From Leucoraja erinacea (Eukaryota), in the NCBI RefSeq assembly GCF_028641065.1, contig NC_073393.1:16058001-16122000 (forward strand): a stretch of 64,000 bases of DNA. The letters are read 5' to 3'. Positions 48,771 to 61,025 of this stretch are shown here, piece after piece. The number at the start of each line of letters is the position of its first letter. The first letter of the stretch is position 1. The translations under genes were made by a program, and so were the position numbers. The notes below the pieces were generated by a model. It ran no database searches. It worked only from the letters and a program-made list of their open reading frames with translations, and was not told the origin of the DNA.

Positions 48771-50218
48771 CTTGAAGTTGCTGTGGGGGAAGCTTCCCAG
48801 GCGAAAGAGTCGGTGCTCTTCCTCCAATTTGCACTGAGCCCCACTCTGATGGGGGTGTTAAAGTGTTTAGTAATGGGAGATATGGTAGGTTTATGCAGAG
48901 GTTTATGCTTCGCTACTAAACTGTGGGAAATCGATTTCCTGTGGTCATTAGGAATAGTACTTAGCAAAGAGAATTTGCAGATAATTGTCCTGGTCAATCT
49001 TGTTGATAGTTGATTTTGAAATAAATTATCCAGATTTGCAGGTATGCGGCCCGCTGCTTGAGTCGGTGGCACAAGTTCATGGAAATTCAGGTGTCAGGGG
49101 TTATGGGGAGAAGACAGGAGAGTGGAGTTAGGAGGGAGAGATAGATCACCCATGGTTGAATGGCGGAGTTGACTTGTTGGGACGAATGGCCTAATTCTAT
49201 TCCTATCACTTATGACCTAATGACAAGTTAAACTCATTCACAAGAGTTAATGTTATTAAACTATTCACAAGAGCAGTAGATTATAATTTCAGATAAGTGG
49301 AAATCGCGCTATTGAGAAGCGAGAAGGGATAGGTAAACACGAATAAATTGCCACATTATCCCAAGAGCAAGAGTATACATATGGCCTGTGGCACACTCTG
49401 GCATTCACATTATTTCGCTATGTCATAGGTGCATCAGTGGAAAGAATCATAAACAGTTTGCAATTTGTGCACAGTCTTGATATTATTAAGTTGCATCACC
49501 ATCCAGTGTGGACGATTTAATTCACACCTTTAGTTGAATACAGCACAATGGATTTAATGTAAACAGAAATCTATCTATGTAAGTGACCAAGTGACATACA
49601 TTTCTGAAGGTCAGTCTGAAGACGGGATCCAATCCGCAAGATCGTCTCTCCATTTGCCTCCACAGATTTTGCCTGCCTGCTGATTTCATGCAGTTCAAGA
49701 TTCCAGCACCTTCAGTCTCTTGTGACACCATATATTTTTTCGTAATGAATTATCAGGGTCTATTGAAAATCATAATTCATCCAAGACGAATCAATCGTAT
49801 TTGATTAAATAACATTAGTTTTCCATCTATTTATCTGATTGATTTCATAATGGGACGTACAGGATGAATACAGTGACAAGTGGGCGCACTGTTTCAGCAT
49901 CCAGAACACAGTCCGCAGGGAGCTGCATGGACGGTTACTACACATTAAGATATTTGAGACTGTCATTGATGGGATCTTGAGAAAAACAGCAAAGCGGTGG
50001 AGGAACTCAGCAGGCGAGGCTGCACCTGTGGAGGGAATGGACAGACGACGTGTCAGATTAGAACCCTTCTTCAGAATAGTGTGGATTAAACTGGAAGATA
50101 ACTGGGGTGGGACAAAACCGATCCAGTGATAGGTGCACGCAGATGATGGGTGAAATTGTCATGTTGAGAAGGCGGCGGTTGTATATGTAAAAAGGGAAGG
50201 GTGTGTGTATATGCGCGC

Positions 50219-50221
<3 letters not shown>

Positions 50222-50253
<32 letters not shown>

Positions 50254-50292
50254 GCCGGGTGGGGTGGGGGGGGGGGGGGGGGGGGGGGGGGG
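50222..50292 (+). repeat. (TG)n microsatellite followed by poly-G
   Basis: Direct inspection. Confidence 0.9.
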
Positions 50293-51063
50293 ATCTCAGA
50301 ACACGAGCGCTCAGTCCGCCAAGGTCTGCTGGTGCTTCCAGTCACTACATGCTGATGCACGTACTGATTTGCTTTGCTTTTTACGTGGAACATATGAAGT
50401 TACCAACAGTAATGTCTGGGCAAATGGAATCATCCGTGCAGAACTTACATCTTCTGTTCCACTGTAGGTGGCTATGCCACTGACCTCACTGAGGCGCTTT
50501 GCTCCGCCAGGCTATCATCACATGACTGACTAATTCCATTTCATTACAAGTGTATTCAATGGTAGTGCACTTGATTGGTTGATGGGTTTCTTCGGATTTC
50601 CTTCTCTGGTTTGTGTTGACGTTAATGTATTTCGAAACAAATGAGAGGACAAAGGCTCAGGTGCATTGAAAAAGCATGGAATTTAATGAAGGGAAAATAT
50701 ATTGGTTGCACAACTGAATAATCGGCGGTTTTTTAAAATCAGACATCATTAAGTGACATGTTATCACGAACGGACGTGGCCATAGTTTCTTCACAAAGCA
50801 CCAGCGAAATTATTCACATTTGAGAACAGAAGTAAAATAAACAAACACGATTTTAAAAATTTACAACAAATGCAAATTGGCACTTTCATCCCTGCTTTCA
50901 GAAAGCGTTGGATGCTTGTTAGATCATGGTCACTTACACCAAAACATTGACTCAATGCAGGTGAAAACGACCTGCAACTCCCACGATTGTTACCATGGGA
51001 GTTCATTAGCTTGGCTGCAATGATCAGAACGTAGCAATATTTCCGCCTGCAATTATTCACAGT

Positions 51064-51213
51064 CTACAGCTTCGATTCCCAGCTTCGCTCCTTCATTAAA
51101 ACAATTCCATCTGCATAAGGTACACGTTCCTCTTTCTGGCTAAATGTTACTGCTGATTGGAGTTGAGTAACTGCAAATCGACATGATACAACGTAGAATC
51201 TATCATCTTTAGT
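51064..51213 (-). pseudogene. Degenerate last-tail exon (TKDDRFYVVS..VPYADG..KL*)
   Basis: The acceptor context (ttactttcacag|ACTAAA) is paralogous to the last exons of B and C; both ITIMs are degenerate. Confidence 0.6.
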
Positions 51214-52432
51214 CTGTGAAAGTAATTTATATCGGCCATTAGTCAATTACCCTCTGGTGGCACAAAGAATACGATTTTGAAACAAAATACTACCAGTCTC
51301 AAAGAGAATGTATATACACTTCAGGATTCATACTAATCCATGAGACTGCACCAACGTGCAAACAAATATGGAATTGCTATCCGTCATCTTTAATGATACA
51401 CGGGCACGGGATTAAAAGTGCTCCACTGCAAGTTGGAGAACTGCATCTAATGAGTTGAGAAAACAGTAGTTTATTCTAAAACTGCATTGCGCGCTACTGC
51501 TGGGATGAATTATTCTGTGTTTTAGTTTTGTTTAGTTGAGTTAGCGATCTTCCAGTGATCTGCCAGTAGCAAATTGTTATCAGATTTTTTTTTGCCATTC
51601 TTCATTAATTTCCTTTCCCTGATTTCACTTAGTGTTGATCTTCGGCGCTACTAATCATTCCTGGCCCACAGAACAACATTAGCTTTCTTCGTTATTGCCG
51701 ATCATTTGTATGAACGTAAATGGAATCTGCTTAAGGGGGCAGACGAATAGTAGATTTAAAGTAGCAAACATTTAATATTACGTATTAAAAATGCTGATAA
51801 TGCAAAGTACAATTTTAAGATTCGCTGATAGACAGTTTAACCTATATTCCCATGGGGTAGATTCTACGTTGAACCTGCCTGCACAATTGTCAGGAAATCA
51901 ACGGTCGCTAGGAAATAGAGTTGTTCATATTGTCCTTGGGCTGAAATCATCCAACATGGTGTACTCTTATTATCGAGACCACACACAAGATTAGAAGTTG
52001 TTCAACCAGAGCTGAACACCGGTCTACATTGGTGTCTGCCTTGCGCTTCTTGTGCTTCTAGTGCGTGGTGGTGGAAAGATTGGTGAAAGCAGTGCCGGAC
52101 GTGAACGCTCGTTCCTTGACCCCATTGCAAACTTGGTAGATTGAAACTGTTATCACTGCACTCTGCTTAATATCCGTCGGCTTCGGCGCCACTACCGAAT
52201 TTCGGTGAATTCAATAACCGATGGAGACAACAAAAATCTACGACGATTGAAACATTGACATGGGAAGATGTAAGATTTATATCTTGAGTTTTATTTTTGT
52301 CATTGTTAATGGTCAGCTTTATTCTCAATTATTTTATTGTTTTGCAATCGAATAGCATTTACTGCCCTAGGTTTTTTTTAACCACCATTGTGATTAATAC
52401 CGAGAATAGTGTAAAATATGTATAATTCTCAC

Positions 52433-52531
52433 CATTTTGTGCCTTTAATTGGAGTCTTATCAAGATAATGACCAAAACTAAAACTGCCAACACACCCACT
52501 GCGCATCCGATAATTAGGTTTTTATCTGCAG
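52433..52531 (-). CDS. Second TM exon, gene-B type (AADKNLIIGCAVGVLAVLVLVIILIRLQLKAQN)
   Basis: ataag|..|gtgaga, 99 nt, phase 1-1; shares DK-LI-GC-VG..LKAQ with the gene B TM exon. Confidence 0.75.
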
Positions 52532-53169
52532 CTTATGGATCAAGAGAGAAACAGGAAAAACGTGAATGATATAATATATAGAAATATATACACATTTAGG
52601 AATTTAGCGATAACACAGAACACCTCAATGGTTTATTAGCCTTTGAGCTTCTTGCTCCATGATTGATTTGTGATTTTGAAACATTGATCTCTCATTACGA
52701 ATAAACACGGGCCTACTCCTGCACCTATTTTCTATGTTTCTATGTACCCTTTCGTGATGTTGCGCCCACTGGACCTAAATTTTAACTGAAACTTTAAAAT
52801 TGTGATGGTTTATAAGGAATTGTGTCCATGTCAAAACAGCAATGTAATGTAAAAATAAGGAGATGATTGGTTTTGTTCATTGCCACAGAAAACCACAGTT
52901 GTTTTTTCCTCAAAATCGTAATCTTCCATTGCATTAATTATCAATCACACTGGATGTTTGAATAATTTCTTATATTTGAAAATATATGCAAAGGTGATAA
53001 TTGAATAATCCAATTCCAAGCTGATATAATTGAATTTGAAGATCCATCATATATTATCACAGACATATATCAAAACCGGCTTCAGAAATCTCTTTGAGCA
53101 AACACCATTGACATATCCATGCTGTTTTTAACCATAAAAATGATTATTGTAAATTATCAAGATTCTTAC

Positions 53170-53268
53170 CGGGCCACATCTTTAAACTGAGTCTTATCAC
53201 GATTATAATCAGAATTAAAAGTACTGATCCACCTACTGCATATACGATAATCTGTTTGCGATCAATTC
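53170..53268 (-). CDS. Gene D TM exon 1 (GIDRKQIIVYAVGGSVLLILIIIVIRLSLKMWP)
   Basis: atcag|..|gtaaga, 99 nt; paralog of 39582-39680. Confidence 0.85.
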
Positions 53269-56200
53269 CTGATGAAGCAACTGAAAATTAAGAAACTGTA
53301 AAGAATTTATACATTTCAGAACAAATATACAAACGGCAGTCAAGAAGGTAAATCATTTCGTAGGTGCATTTTAATACCCACATCGGAAAGTTTGGAAGGT
53401 ATATCATGCGGCACCAGGTGGAAGTTAGTAATGGAAGCCACAGGACAAACAAATGCAATTGTATTGTGCCCATGTGCGGAGAGCTCCTTACTGACGTTAA
53501 ACGGAATTTATGCTTTATCTTCATATATTTCACCAGACAGCGGAATACCGCATATCCCAGGACGTTTTTGCTCATTACAAACACTATATCAATTCAGTTT
53601 GTCAATTCATCTCACACGGATTTCCTTACAAGAACTGATGGAGTGCAATTCATTTTATGCAGCATACATGTGTTGCTTTCATGCGAACAAATGCGAGCCA
53701 CATTTACTTTTCGCTCCGTGTACGGAAAGCTGTCCAGTTATTAATCTGATCGAATTTGATCTACCGCCCCAATATCACGTGTAACTGGCTCCAGTCTTAC
53801 CTTGGCCCAGGGTATAACTGAAACTGGCCGCCACCTTCAGGGAGACATGTGATACCATACAGGTGTAAATATCTTTGCCCTCCCCAGGCTGCGTTATTTC
53901 CAAAGAACTAGTAGCCACAAACAATCCTTCTTCGCTCGGTTTTTTCACAGTTTCGATTCCAGTGCGAATTACCTCGTTATTTCTTAGCCAGAATATTTCT
54001 AATTTCTCCGGATAAAAGGCGCCAGTTTTGCACACAAGTTTCCGTGGAGAGCCAAGTCCTTCAGCAGGAACAATTGTCAAGGGAGTTGGGGGATCTTAAG
54101 CAAAGAAAAAAAATGTATCGGTGTTCGCTTTCCATTATATTTTATCTCGCCACCTAGTCGTATTTGTCAAGACCAAATTATTTAATATTTAAACTTCCCA
54201 GTTTGTCGTTCATTTATACTCCCTTTCCTAGCGGACACACGGACGAACTCCACCAAGATACAAAGAGGGTGAATTTAAGGAGTGCCAACAGAATTTATGG
54301 AGTTCCTAAATAAACTCTGTTGTGAATGGATGTTCCCCGGTATCGCGCGAAAGTTTTTGCCAGAAGCCTGCCGTGATTATTTAAAAGTGGCCATGTTTGG
54401 ATCATTCATATGTTGCAAAAGAAATGGAGCCATCATAATCGAAATATAACAGATTTGTATAGTGTGGTGACAGGAAGCGGTTATACATGAAGATTAATGT
54501 TTAATCCCGTTAGCACTTTAAGTAGTATATGAACTAAATCTCCTCACCCTGGTCAAAAACACCCACTTCAATACTTAATCACTACTATACTCTACTCAGT
54601 GAGATAACCACATGAGGTGTTTGCGCAGTAATCAACCAGAACCAGAACCAGATATGGGTTTGAAATGCCGATCACAACCATTTACCTGCATGTGAACCAA
54701 GTGCTGGAACACCTACCTTTCTCGCGCTTTTAATGCTTTTATTAAAACACCGTGGTATATATTACAAGCAATCTACGAGCGCACTTATTCTATGTCAGTA
54801 TGTAGGAAAGAACTACAATAGCTGGTTTAAACCGAACAGCAACATCTCTTCGGATAACGAATGGGTGACGTTTCTGATCGAGGTTTGAAGAAGGGTATCG
54901 ACCCCAAACGTCACTCATTGCTCCTACCCAGAGATGCTGCCTGCCCCGCTGAGTTACTCCAGCATTTTGTGTCTCAGTTCCATCTGTTGTGCCAACTTGG
55001 GGACAGTGAATCGACAACGTTAGATCGGCGTTAATGATGATAGCTTGCAGAAGCCAAACGAGGGAAAAGAACAAGCTCTGTTTCTCGCTGTGCAGATTCT
55101 ACTCAGTTAGGTCTGCACGTAAAAGGCCCTATATTTGGCATTTATTAACGCGAACTCCTTCCGTATGAGCTGCAGCCGGTGTCTAACTGGACGGGGAGTT
55201 GATTGTTGGGTTGTTTTGTCGGTTTATTACAAATCTTTAGAAGCTTGACTTAATTCACTTAATCAGGATAATCTTTAACGATGAAATAAATGTTACTGTT
55301 TATTCCCGGACTTTAAATAATTTCAGTTGAGGTGTTGTTTACTTCTTTTTTCCCCCGTACGGTGCCAAATTGGTTGAATAGACTGAGGTTATGCCTGACA
55401 AAATTAGTGTCAAGCGATGTCAAAAAAAAGAAAAAAGATTTCATTGAAGTAGCTTGGAATCAGCAGCGATGAGTCCCACATGTTGGAATACCAAGGTCCT
55501 TGGGTTGCAGCAGCACATTGGTCTTATGAGGTTCTAAAGCTGTCGATGTAGAATAGAGGCATGACAGACTCTACCATCGACGTATTACAATTGCTCCTAC
55601 TCTCTTTTCTTCGTGATGAGAAACCTGGATATCACACTCCAGCCACTCAAACTAACAGGAATATCATTTAAATATCTCATCGCAAAACATTTCTAACCAC
55701 ACCTCAGAATGAATTCCTTCCATCTCAGCATTTACCCGTTCTTAGCGATACATCCATCTGGGAGATTGGCTTAAAATTCATAGCGGCAATGAAAAGGAGT
55801 CTCGCAAAGTATCGTACAATGAACAGAATAACCCTCAATGCCCACGCGTCCCACAAGTGCGACTCGACCTGGTGATTATGTACATTGTGCTTTGTTTCAT
55901 TTTGAATTACTGGTCCCTGTAATTTAAAATTGTTACTACCGGATATTTTATCAACAGGAGATTTTTCATATTATCCTCGCGACTAGACTTTACAAATGAC
56001 ATAGAACTGAAAATTGCTTATTTCCCTAACACACACACTCACCAAATACAGTGATCAGGCTGCCACTTCCATTTCCGATAACCTGATGCTGGAACTTTAC
56101 TTGACAGTAATACAGGCCGGAGTCAGCGACACGCACATGTTGGAGAGTAAATATTTCCCTTCCAGAATCTATCGTAAATTGTTTTCTACTGTCCGGTTCA

Positions 56201-56596
56201 AGGAATGTCTTCATGCCGTCCCTCCACCAATTAACGCCAATAGTGTCTTTCGATATTGGAAACGTGCAATACATGATAGCATGTTCACCGACGCCAACGT
56301 CCAAGATGGCAGGGAATTGGGACACTCTGGTCGGATAGACTTCGGTAGCTGTCGGGGAAAAAACAAGAACAATTGAAACATTTGTAAACACTGGACAGAG
56401 AATACAGGAACCAACTGTCGAAAAGCACGAAACAACTATAAACCCACGAGCGCCTAATAGATGAACCTAATAGCTCGAAACCAGGTCCGAATTTTCGAAA
56501 AATAATACTTAGACCAGAAATGGCACACATTTTAACTATACCCTGCGTTAGTATGACCAGAAGAGCCATGGACCAAACTCTAACTTTCACTGACAT
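53170..56596 (-). CDS. Gene D model (leader-V-C1-TM), recent paralog of gene C; 3' end uncertain or chimeric
   Basis: Exons 56596-56542, 56348-56043, 54094-53801 and 53268 (or 53280)-53170, all intact. No C-type tail exons follow downstream. Confidence 0.8.
53801..54094 (-). CDS. Gene D Ig C1-set exon
   Basis: 294 nt; differs from the gene C exon at 2 amino acids. Confidence 0.93.
56043..56348 (-). CDS. Gene D Ig V-set (VJ-joined) exon
   Basis: gacag|..|gtgagt, 306 nt; DSGLYYCQVKFQHQVIGNGSGSLITV. Confidence 0.93.
56542..56596 (-). CDS. Gene D leader exon MSVKVRVWSMALLVILTQ
   Basis: 55 nt from ATG to G|gtatag. Confidence 0.85.
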
Positions 56597-57757
56597 ATTA
56601 CAAGAATAAATTGCCAACTTGTTGTTAGTTTACTCAAAACTTGCTCTGCGGAAAAGGAAATTATGAGTAAATATATGAAACGTGACCGTGACGTAATATA
56701 TCCCACGACTGTGGCTCGTGCGGCGGGAGAGGTCATAGCTCGGCCCATTCCCATTGTAACAAAGCCTTCCAATACTTCCTGAAACATGTTCACAACCTCC
56801 TCCCGTAGCATCCAGATTTTTACTTGGAATTAAATTTGCATCAGCTGCCTACTCAGTTAATTGTCACAAATCGTTTCCGCGTATAAGGTAAGGAGTGCTT
56901 GTGAATATTTAGATGCACAAACGTAGACACCCACCTTCCCTTGAATCTCCCCCCCCCCCTTCCCAATTTGTGTTGTGCTCTTTCGCTCTTTCGATTATAT
57001 ACATTCAAACAACAATCACCCATTTCGTTTCTTCCTGTTCAGCCCTCACCATCGCCATCCGCAGCTTTCTATTGATTATGTTTCCATCTGACGTTTTTCA
57101 CATTAACTCCGGTTGCTATTCCTACAAAACCAAATCTCCATGCTGGTTTTTGTTAACTAATATTTCTACTATTTTCATAAACACCATTGCAGCAATATTC
57201 TATGGGGAGTCCAGCAGAAAATTGGCGCCAAGCCGCGACAGCTAACGTATGAATGAAATCTAGGTTTTTTCTTCCGATAATGCACAGTAGAGCAATCAAC
57301 TTATGCTGTTGACATCCACACAACACAGGAGAATAGGGGCTGTAAATTAATCGAATGGGCCAATATAAATTAGGGAGATTTAAACCAAACTGTTAATCTT
57401 ATAATTTCCTCCAAAGTATTGTTTTAAAAATCGTAGAAATGAAGGGTTACTTAAAGTTTGGACTACAGGCAAGAAGCCAACGTTGTGAGCGAGGCGGTTT
57501 GAACTATTTATGTTTTCCCCGTATCGTGGTTATACTCACATTCCTCTGCACAAATCAATGATTTTGGCTTCAGAACACACATTAAATTGCACGAGTTGGA
57601 AACCTGTTGTAGACCAAATGGTTAAGTAATTTTCGTGTAATTTAAATGTTTGATGCGCCTCACTTAGAGACCTTGTGCCGTTCAATGGGAGGACATAATA
57701 TTCCAAATATACACAGTAATTCTCTGGATATTTTTTAAATTACTGAAATCGGTCAGG

Positions 57758-58048
57758 ACCGTATCGCAGTAGTAGAGTTGCTGCACATACAGCGCCAGAG
57801 ACCTGGGTTCGATCCCGACTGCGGGTGCTGTCTGTATGGAGTTTGTACGTTCGTCCCATGACTGGCTTGGGCTTTCTCTGGGCGCTCCGGTTTCCGCCCA
57901 CATTCCAAAGACGTACATGTTCGTAGGTTGATTGGCTTCGGTAAAGATTGTAAATTGTCCCTAGCGTGCAGGATAGTGCTAATGTACGGGGTGATCGCTG
58001 GTCGGCGCGGACTCGAAGGGCCTGTTTCCGCGCTGTATCTCTAAACTA
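57758..58048 (+). mobile_element. tRNA-derived SINE
   Basis: B-box GGTTCGATCCC; same family as 44898-45188; lies inside a segment unique to copy 2. Confidence 0.85.
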
Positions 58049-58492
58049 TTGCTAAAAAAACTGCTTCTATTTGAACTTCCATGTAAAGATTGCGTAATTT
58101 CGGGTTTAAGTCTATCCACATTAACCGTTCAAACGAAGAGCTGCAACAAGAACATTCCGGTTTGTGATGCTGGTCTTGAAGATAATGAAGACTGGACTCA
58201 GATTTAAAGCGGCACGTTGTTTCTTTTTTAGTGAAGTCAGCAGTTTAAAGAAACCAGCGGCAGTTCGAGAAAACCTCAGTACACGGCAAATCTGACAAAT
58301 TAAGGATTTATGTGCATGTTTGCAAGCTACTGTCAGCGAAGGGCTGTTCTGCAACAATGGACCAATAATAATCTTACAAAATGGATTTGAAGAATTTTAT
58401 TTGCCACATTTTGAGGAAATGCATCGGTATATTCCCATTGTTTAATAGAAAAGAATATTGTGATACCGCAAGCGAAAACTGAAAAAGATCAT

Positions 58493-59188
58493 AGAAACAT
58501 AGAAACATGGAAATTAGGTGCAGGAGTGGGCCATTCGGCCCCTCGAGCCTGCACCGCCATTCAATATGATCATGGCTGATCATCCAACTCAGTATCCCGT
58601 ACCTGCTTTCTCTCCATACCCTCTGATCCCCTTGGTCACAAGGGCCACATCTAACTCCCTCTTAAATATAGCCAATGAACTGGCCTCAACTACCCTATGT
58701 GGCAGAGAGTACCAGAGATTCACCACTCTCTGTGTGAAAAAACGTTCTCCTCATCTCGGTTGTAAAGGATTTCCCCCTTATCCTTAAGCTGTGACCCCTT
58801 GTCCTGGACTTCCCCATCATCGGGAACAAGCTTCCTGCATCTAGCCTGTCCAACCCCTTAAGAATTTTGTAAGTTTCTATAAGATCCCCCCTCAATCTCC
58901 TAAATTCTAGAGAGTATAAACCAAGTCTATTCAGTCTTTCTTCATAAGACAGTCCTGACATCCCAGGAATCAGTCTGGTGAACCTTCTCTGCACTCCCTC
59001 TGTGGCAATAATGTCCTTCCTCAGATGTGGAGACCAAAACTGTACGCAATACTCCAGGTGTGGTCTCACCAAGACCCTGTACAACTGCAATAGAACCTCC
59101 CTGCTCCTATACTCAAATCCTTTTGCTACGAAAGCCAACATACCATTCGCTTTCTTTACTGCCTGCTGCACCTGCATGCCTACCTTCA
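58493..59188 (-). mobile_element. Young CR1 3' fragment inserted after the duplication
   Basis: 164-aa open frame; ATCAT target duplication (58488-58492 and 59189-59193); empty site at 44373-44377. Confidence 0.93.
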
Positions 59189-59710
59189 ATCATGTTTGCA
59201 TTATTAATTTAACTTCGATGAAATGGTTCCAAAATGGCTCCTATATTTTTAAAGTTTCATTAAATTAGATTAATTTAGTAAACAGGAGGCGCGGAAAGCT
59301 TTGGGCAACATAATTTTGTTTTCCATAACGTTAGACCCTTACATTGTTGATGACGTCATCGCAGATGCGTTTTCCAAATATTATTAACAATGCCCGATGG
59401 GAATAATTGGTTAGATTGCGTTTTTATTCTCCTTTCGACAAGATGTGTTGGATTGCCATTAACAAGAAAATACTGTTTTCTCCCGTTCGGTGGAAATGAC
59501 TGGAATCCTGCAACAGGTCAGATTGCGAAATAGAACTAACGTCTCGAGTTGATCATTTCTGTTATAATATAGAAATATTTACTGTTTCTCTTTCTCCACA
59601 GATTGTCCTCGACGCCTAGAATTCACAATATTTCGTGATTAATTTCAGATTACAAAGTATCTGCAATCTAGCATTATCCAGTGATTATCTTGCCACAACT
59701 TTGTTTCCAA

Positions 59711-60012
59711 GTGATCGCAGCGGTAGAGTTGCTGCCTAACAGCACTTGCAGCGCCGGGGACCCGGGTTCGATCCCGACTACGGGGACTGTCTGTACGGGG
59801 TTTGTACGTTCTCCCCGTGACCGCGTGGGCTTTCTTTCTCCGGTTTCTTCCCACACTCCAAAGACGTGCAGGCATGTAGGTAAATGGCTTGGTAAATGTA
59901 AAAAATGTCCCTAGCGTGGGTAGGATAGTGTTAATATGCGTTGATCGCTTATCGGCGCGGACCCGATGGGCCGAAGGGCCAGTTTTCGCGCTGCATCTCT
60001 AAACTAAATTAA
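59711..60012 (+). mobile_element. tRNA-derived SINE (duplicate of 44898-45188)
   Basis: B-box and CTAAA tail. Confidence 0.85.
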
Positions 60013-60814
60013 ACAAAACTGGAATTTAGATGTAGACTGAAGATGTAAATGCACTAAATGCATATCTCCGACGGTCATCAATTGCAACATATTGCCAGTC
60101 AATCTGCATTCTCCTTATCCATTCGAGCGGCCCCTAAAGTCTATGAACTTTATAGTTAATGCCAGCAAGTTGCCTCTAATTACAGGCGATATCTTCTTAT
60201 TATCAATAGAATCATCACAACTTGTCAAATGTTGTATGGAATACGAACTAAGCGCACCCACATAGGTCAAGTGCACAGGGGTAGTCTGACCTGTAACCCT
60301 CACGGATATATTTCAGCTCCTCTATGCCGGAGAGGCACCACACGTCTCTGCTCTTCTGAGCAAAAGTGACAACGCGTCAACCATATTAAATACCCGGGAC
60401 TCCAAGCAGGCAAGAATGATGAAACAGGTATATGGACGGAAATGAATGGAGGGTTATGTTCTGAGTGCAGGTAGATGGGACTAGGTGAGAGTAAGTGTTC
60501 GACACGGACTAGAAGGGCCGAGATGGCCTGTTTCCGTGCTGTACTTGTTATATAGTTATATTATATGGTTATATTTAAAAATCAGCCATTTAATTGTCAT
60601 GATGAAGTTTACCACGTATTTATTTTTTCCCCAGAACGAACACGAAATAATTAAGGAAAGAACAATAAAGGAAAGAAGGGGTTCAACCCGAAACGTCACC
60701 CATTCCTTCTCTCCAGGGATGCTGCCTGTCCCACTGTGTTACTCCAGCATTTTGTGTCTACCTGCGAAATAATGAAGATTACAGTACAACCTTAGAAATG
60801 TTTCATTGACGGAA

Positions 60815-61025
60815 GCGGACTTTTAAGCAATGGTCTTAAATTAAACTTCTTGTTCTACACTTTAGTTTCTAAGATGATAACGCGAGCCGTCCGTGACTTG
60901 TTTGTTTCAGATAGGCACAGCATTCGACCGCAAGCCTTTCCATGACGTCGCCAGCAGACTCACGAGAACAGTTCTATTTTCATGCTGTGTGTTATTTCTA
61001 TTTTGTCAAGCTAGAAATGCAGCGG
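60815..61025. promoter_or_regulatory. Conserved upstream non-coding block, gene D copy
   Basis: ACCGCA at 60927, TTTCCA at 60937, followed by TGACGTC. Confidence 0.4.

Larger units (their letters stand above)
39121..49535 (+). repeat. Segmental duplication, copy 1 (gene C unit)
   Basis: Collinear high-identity match to 52743-64000; the last bases of the window match the sequence ending at 49535. Confidence 0.95.

Noticed and set aside
48536-49072. 178-aa ORF partly retained in copy 2 (63231-63536)
   Set aside because: No recognisable domain; it runs into a repeat and poly-G, and copy 2 has frameshifting indels.
50791-50890. Hydrophobic MKVPICICCKFLKSCLFILLLFS as a candidate leader exon
   Set aside because: No convincing phase-1 donor, and real leader exons were found next to each V exon.
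51845-51910. Possible remnant of the 44-nt tail exon downstream of the second TM exon
   Set aside because: Similarity to 26549-26592 is weak, the expected frame hits a stop, and the homologous donor is missing, so I could not support a call.
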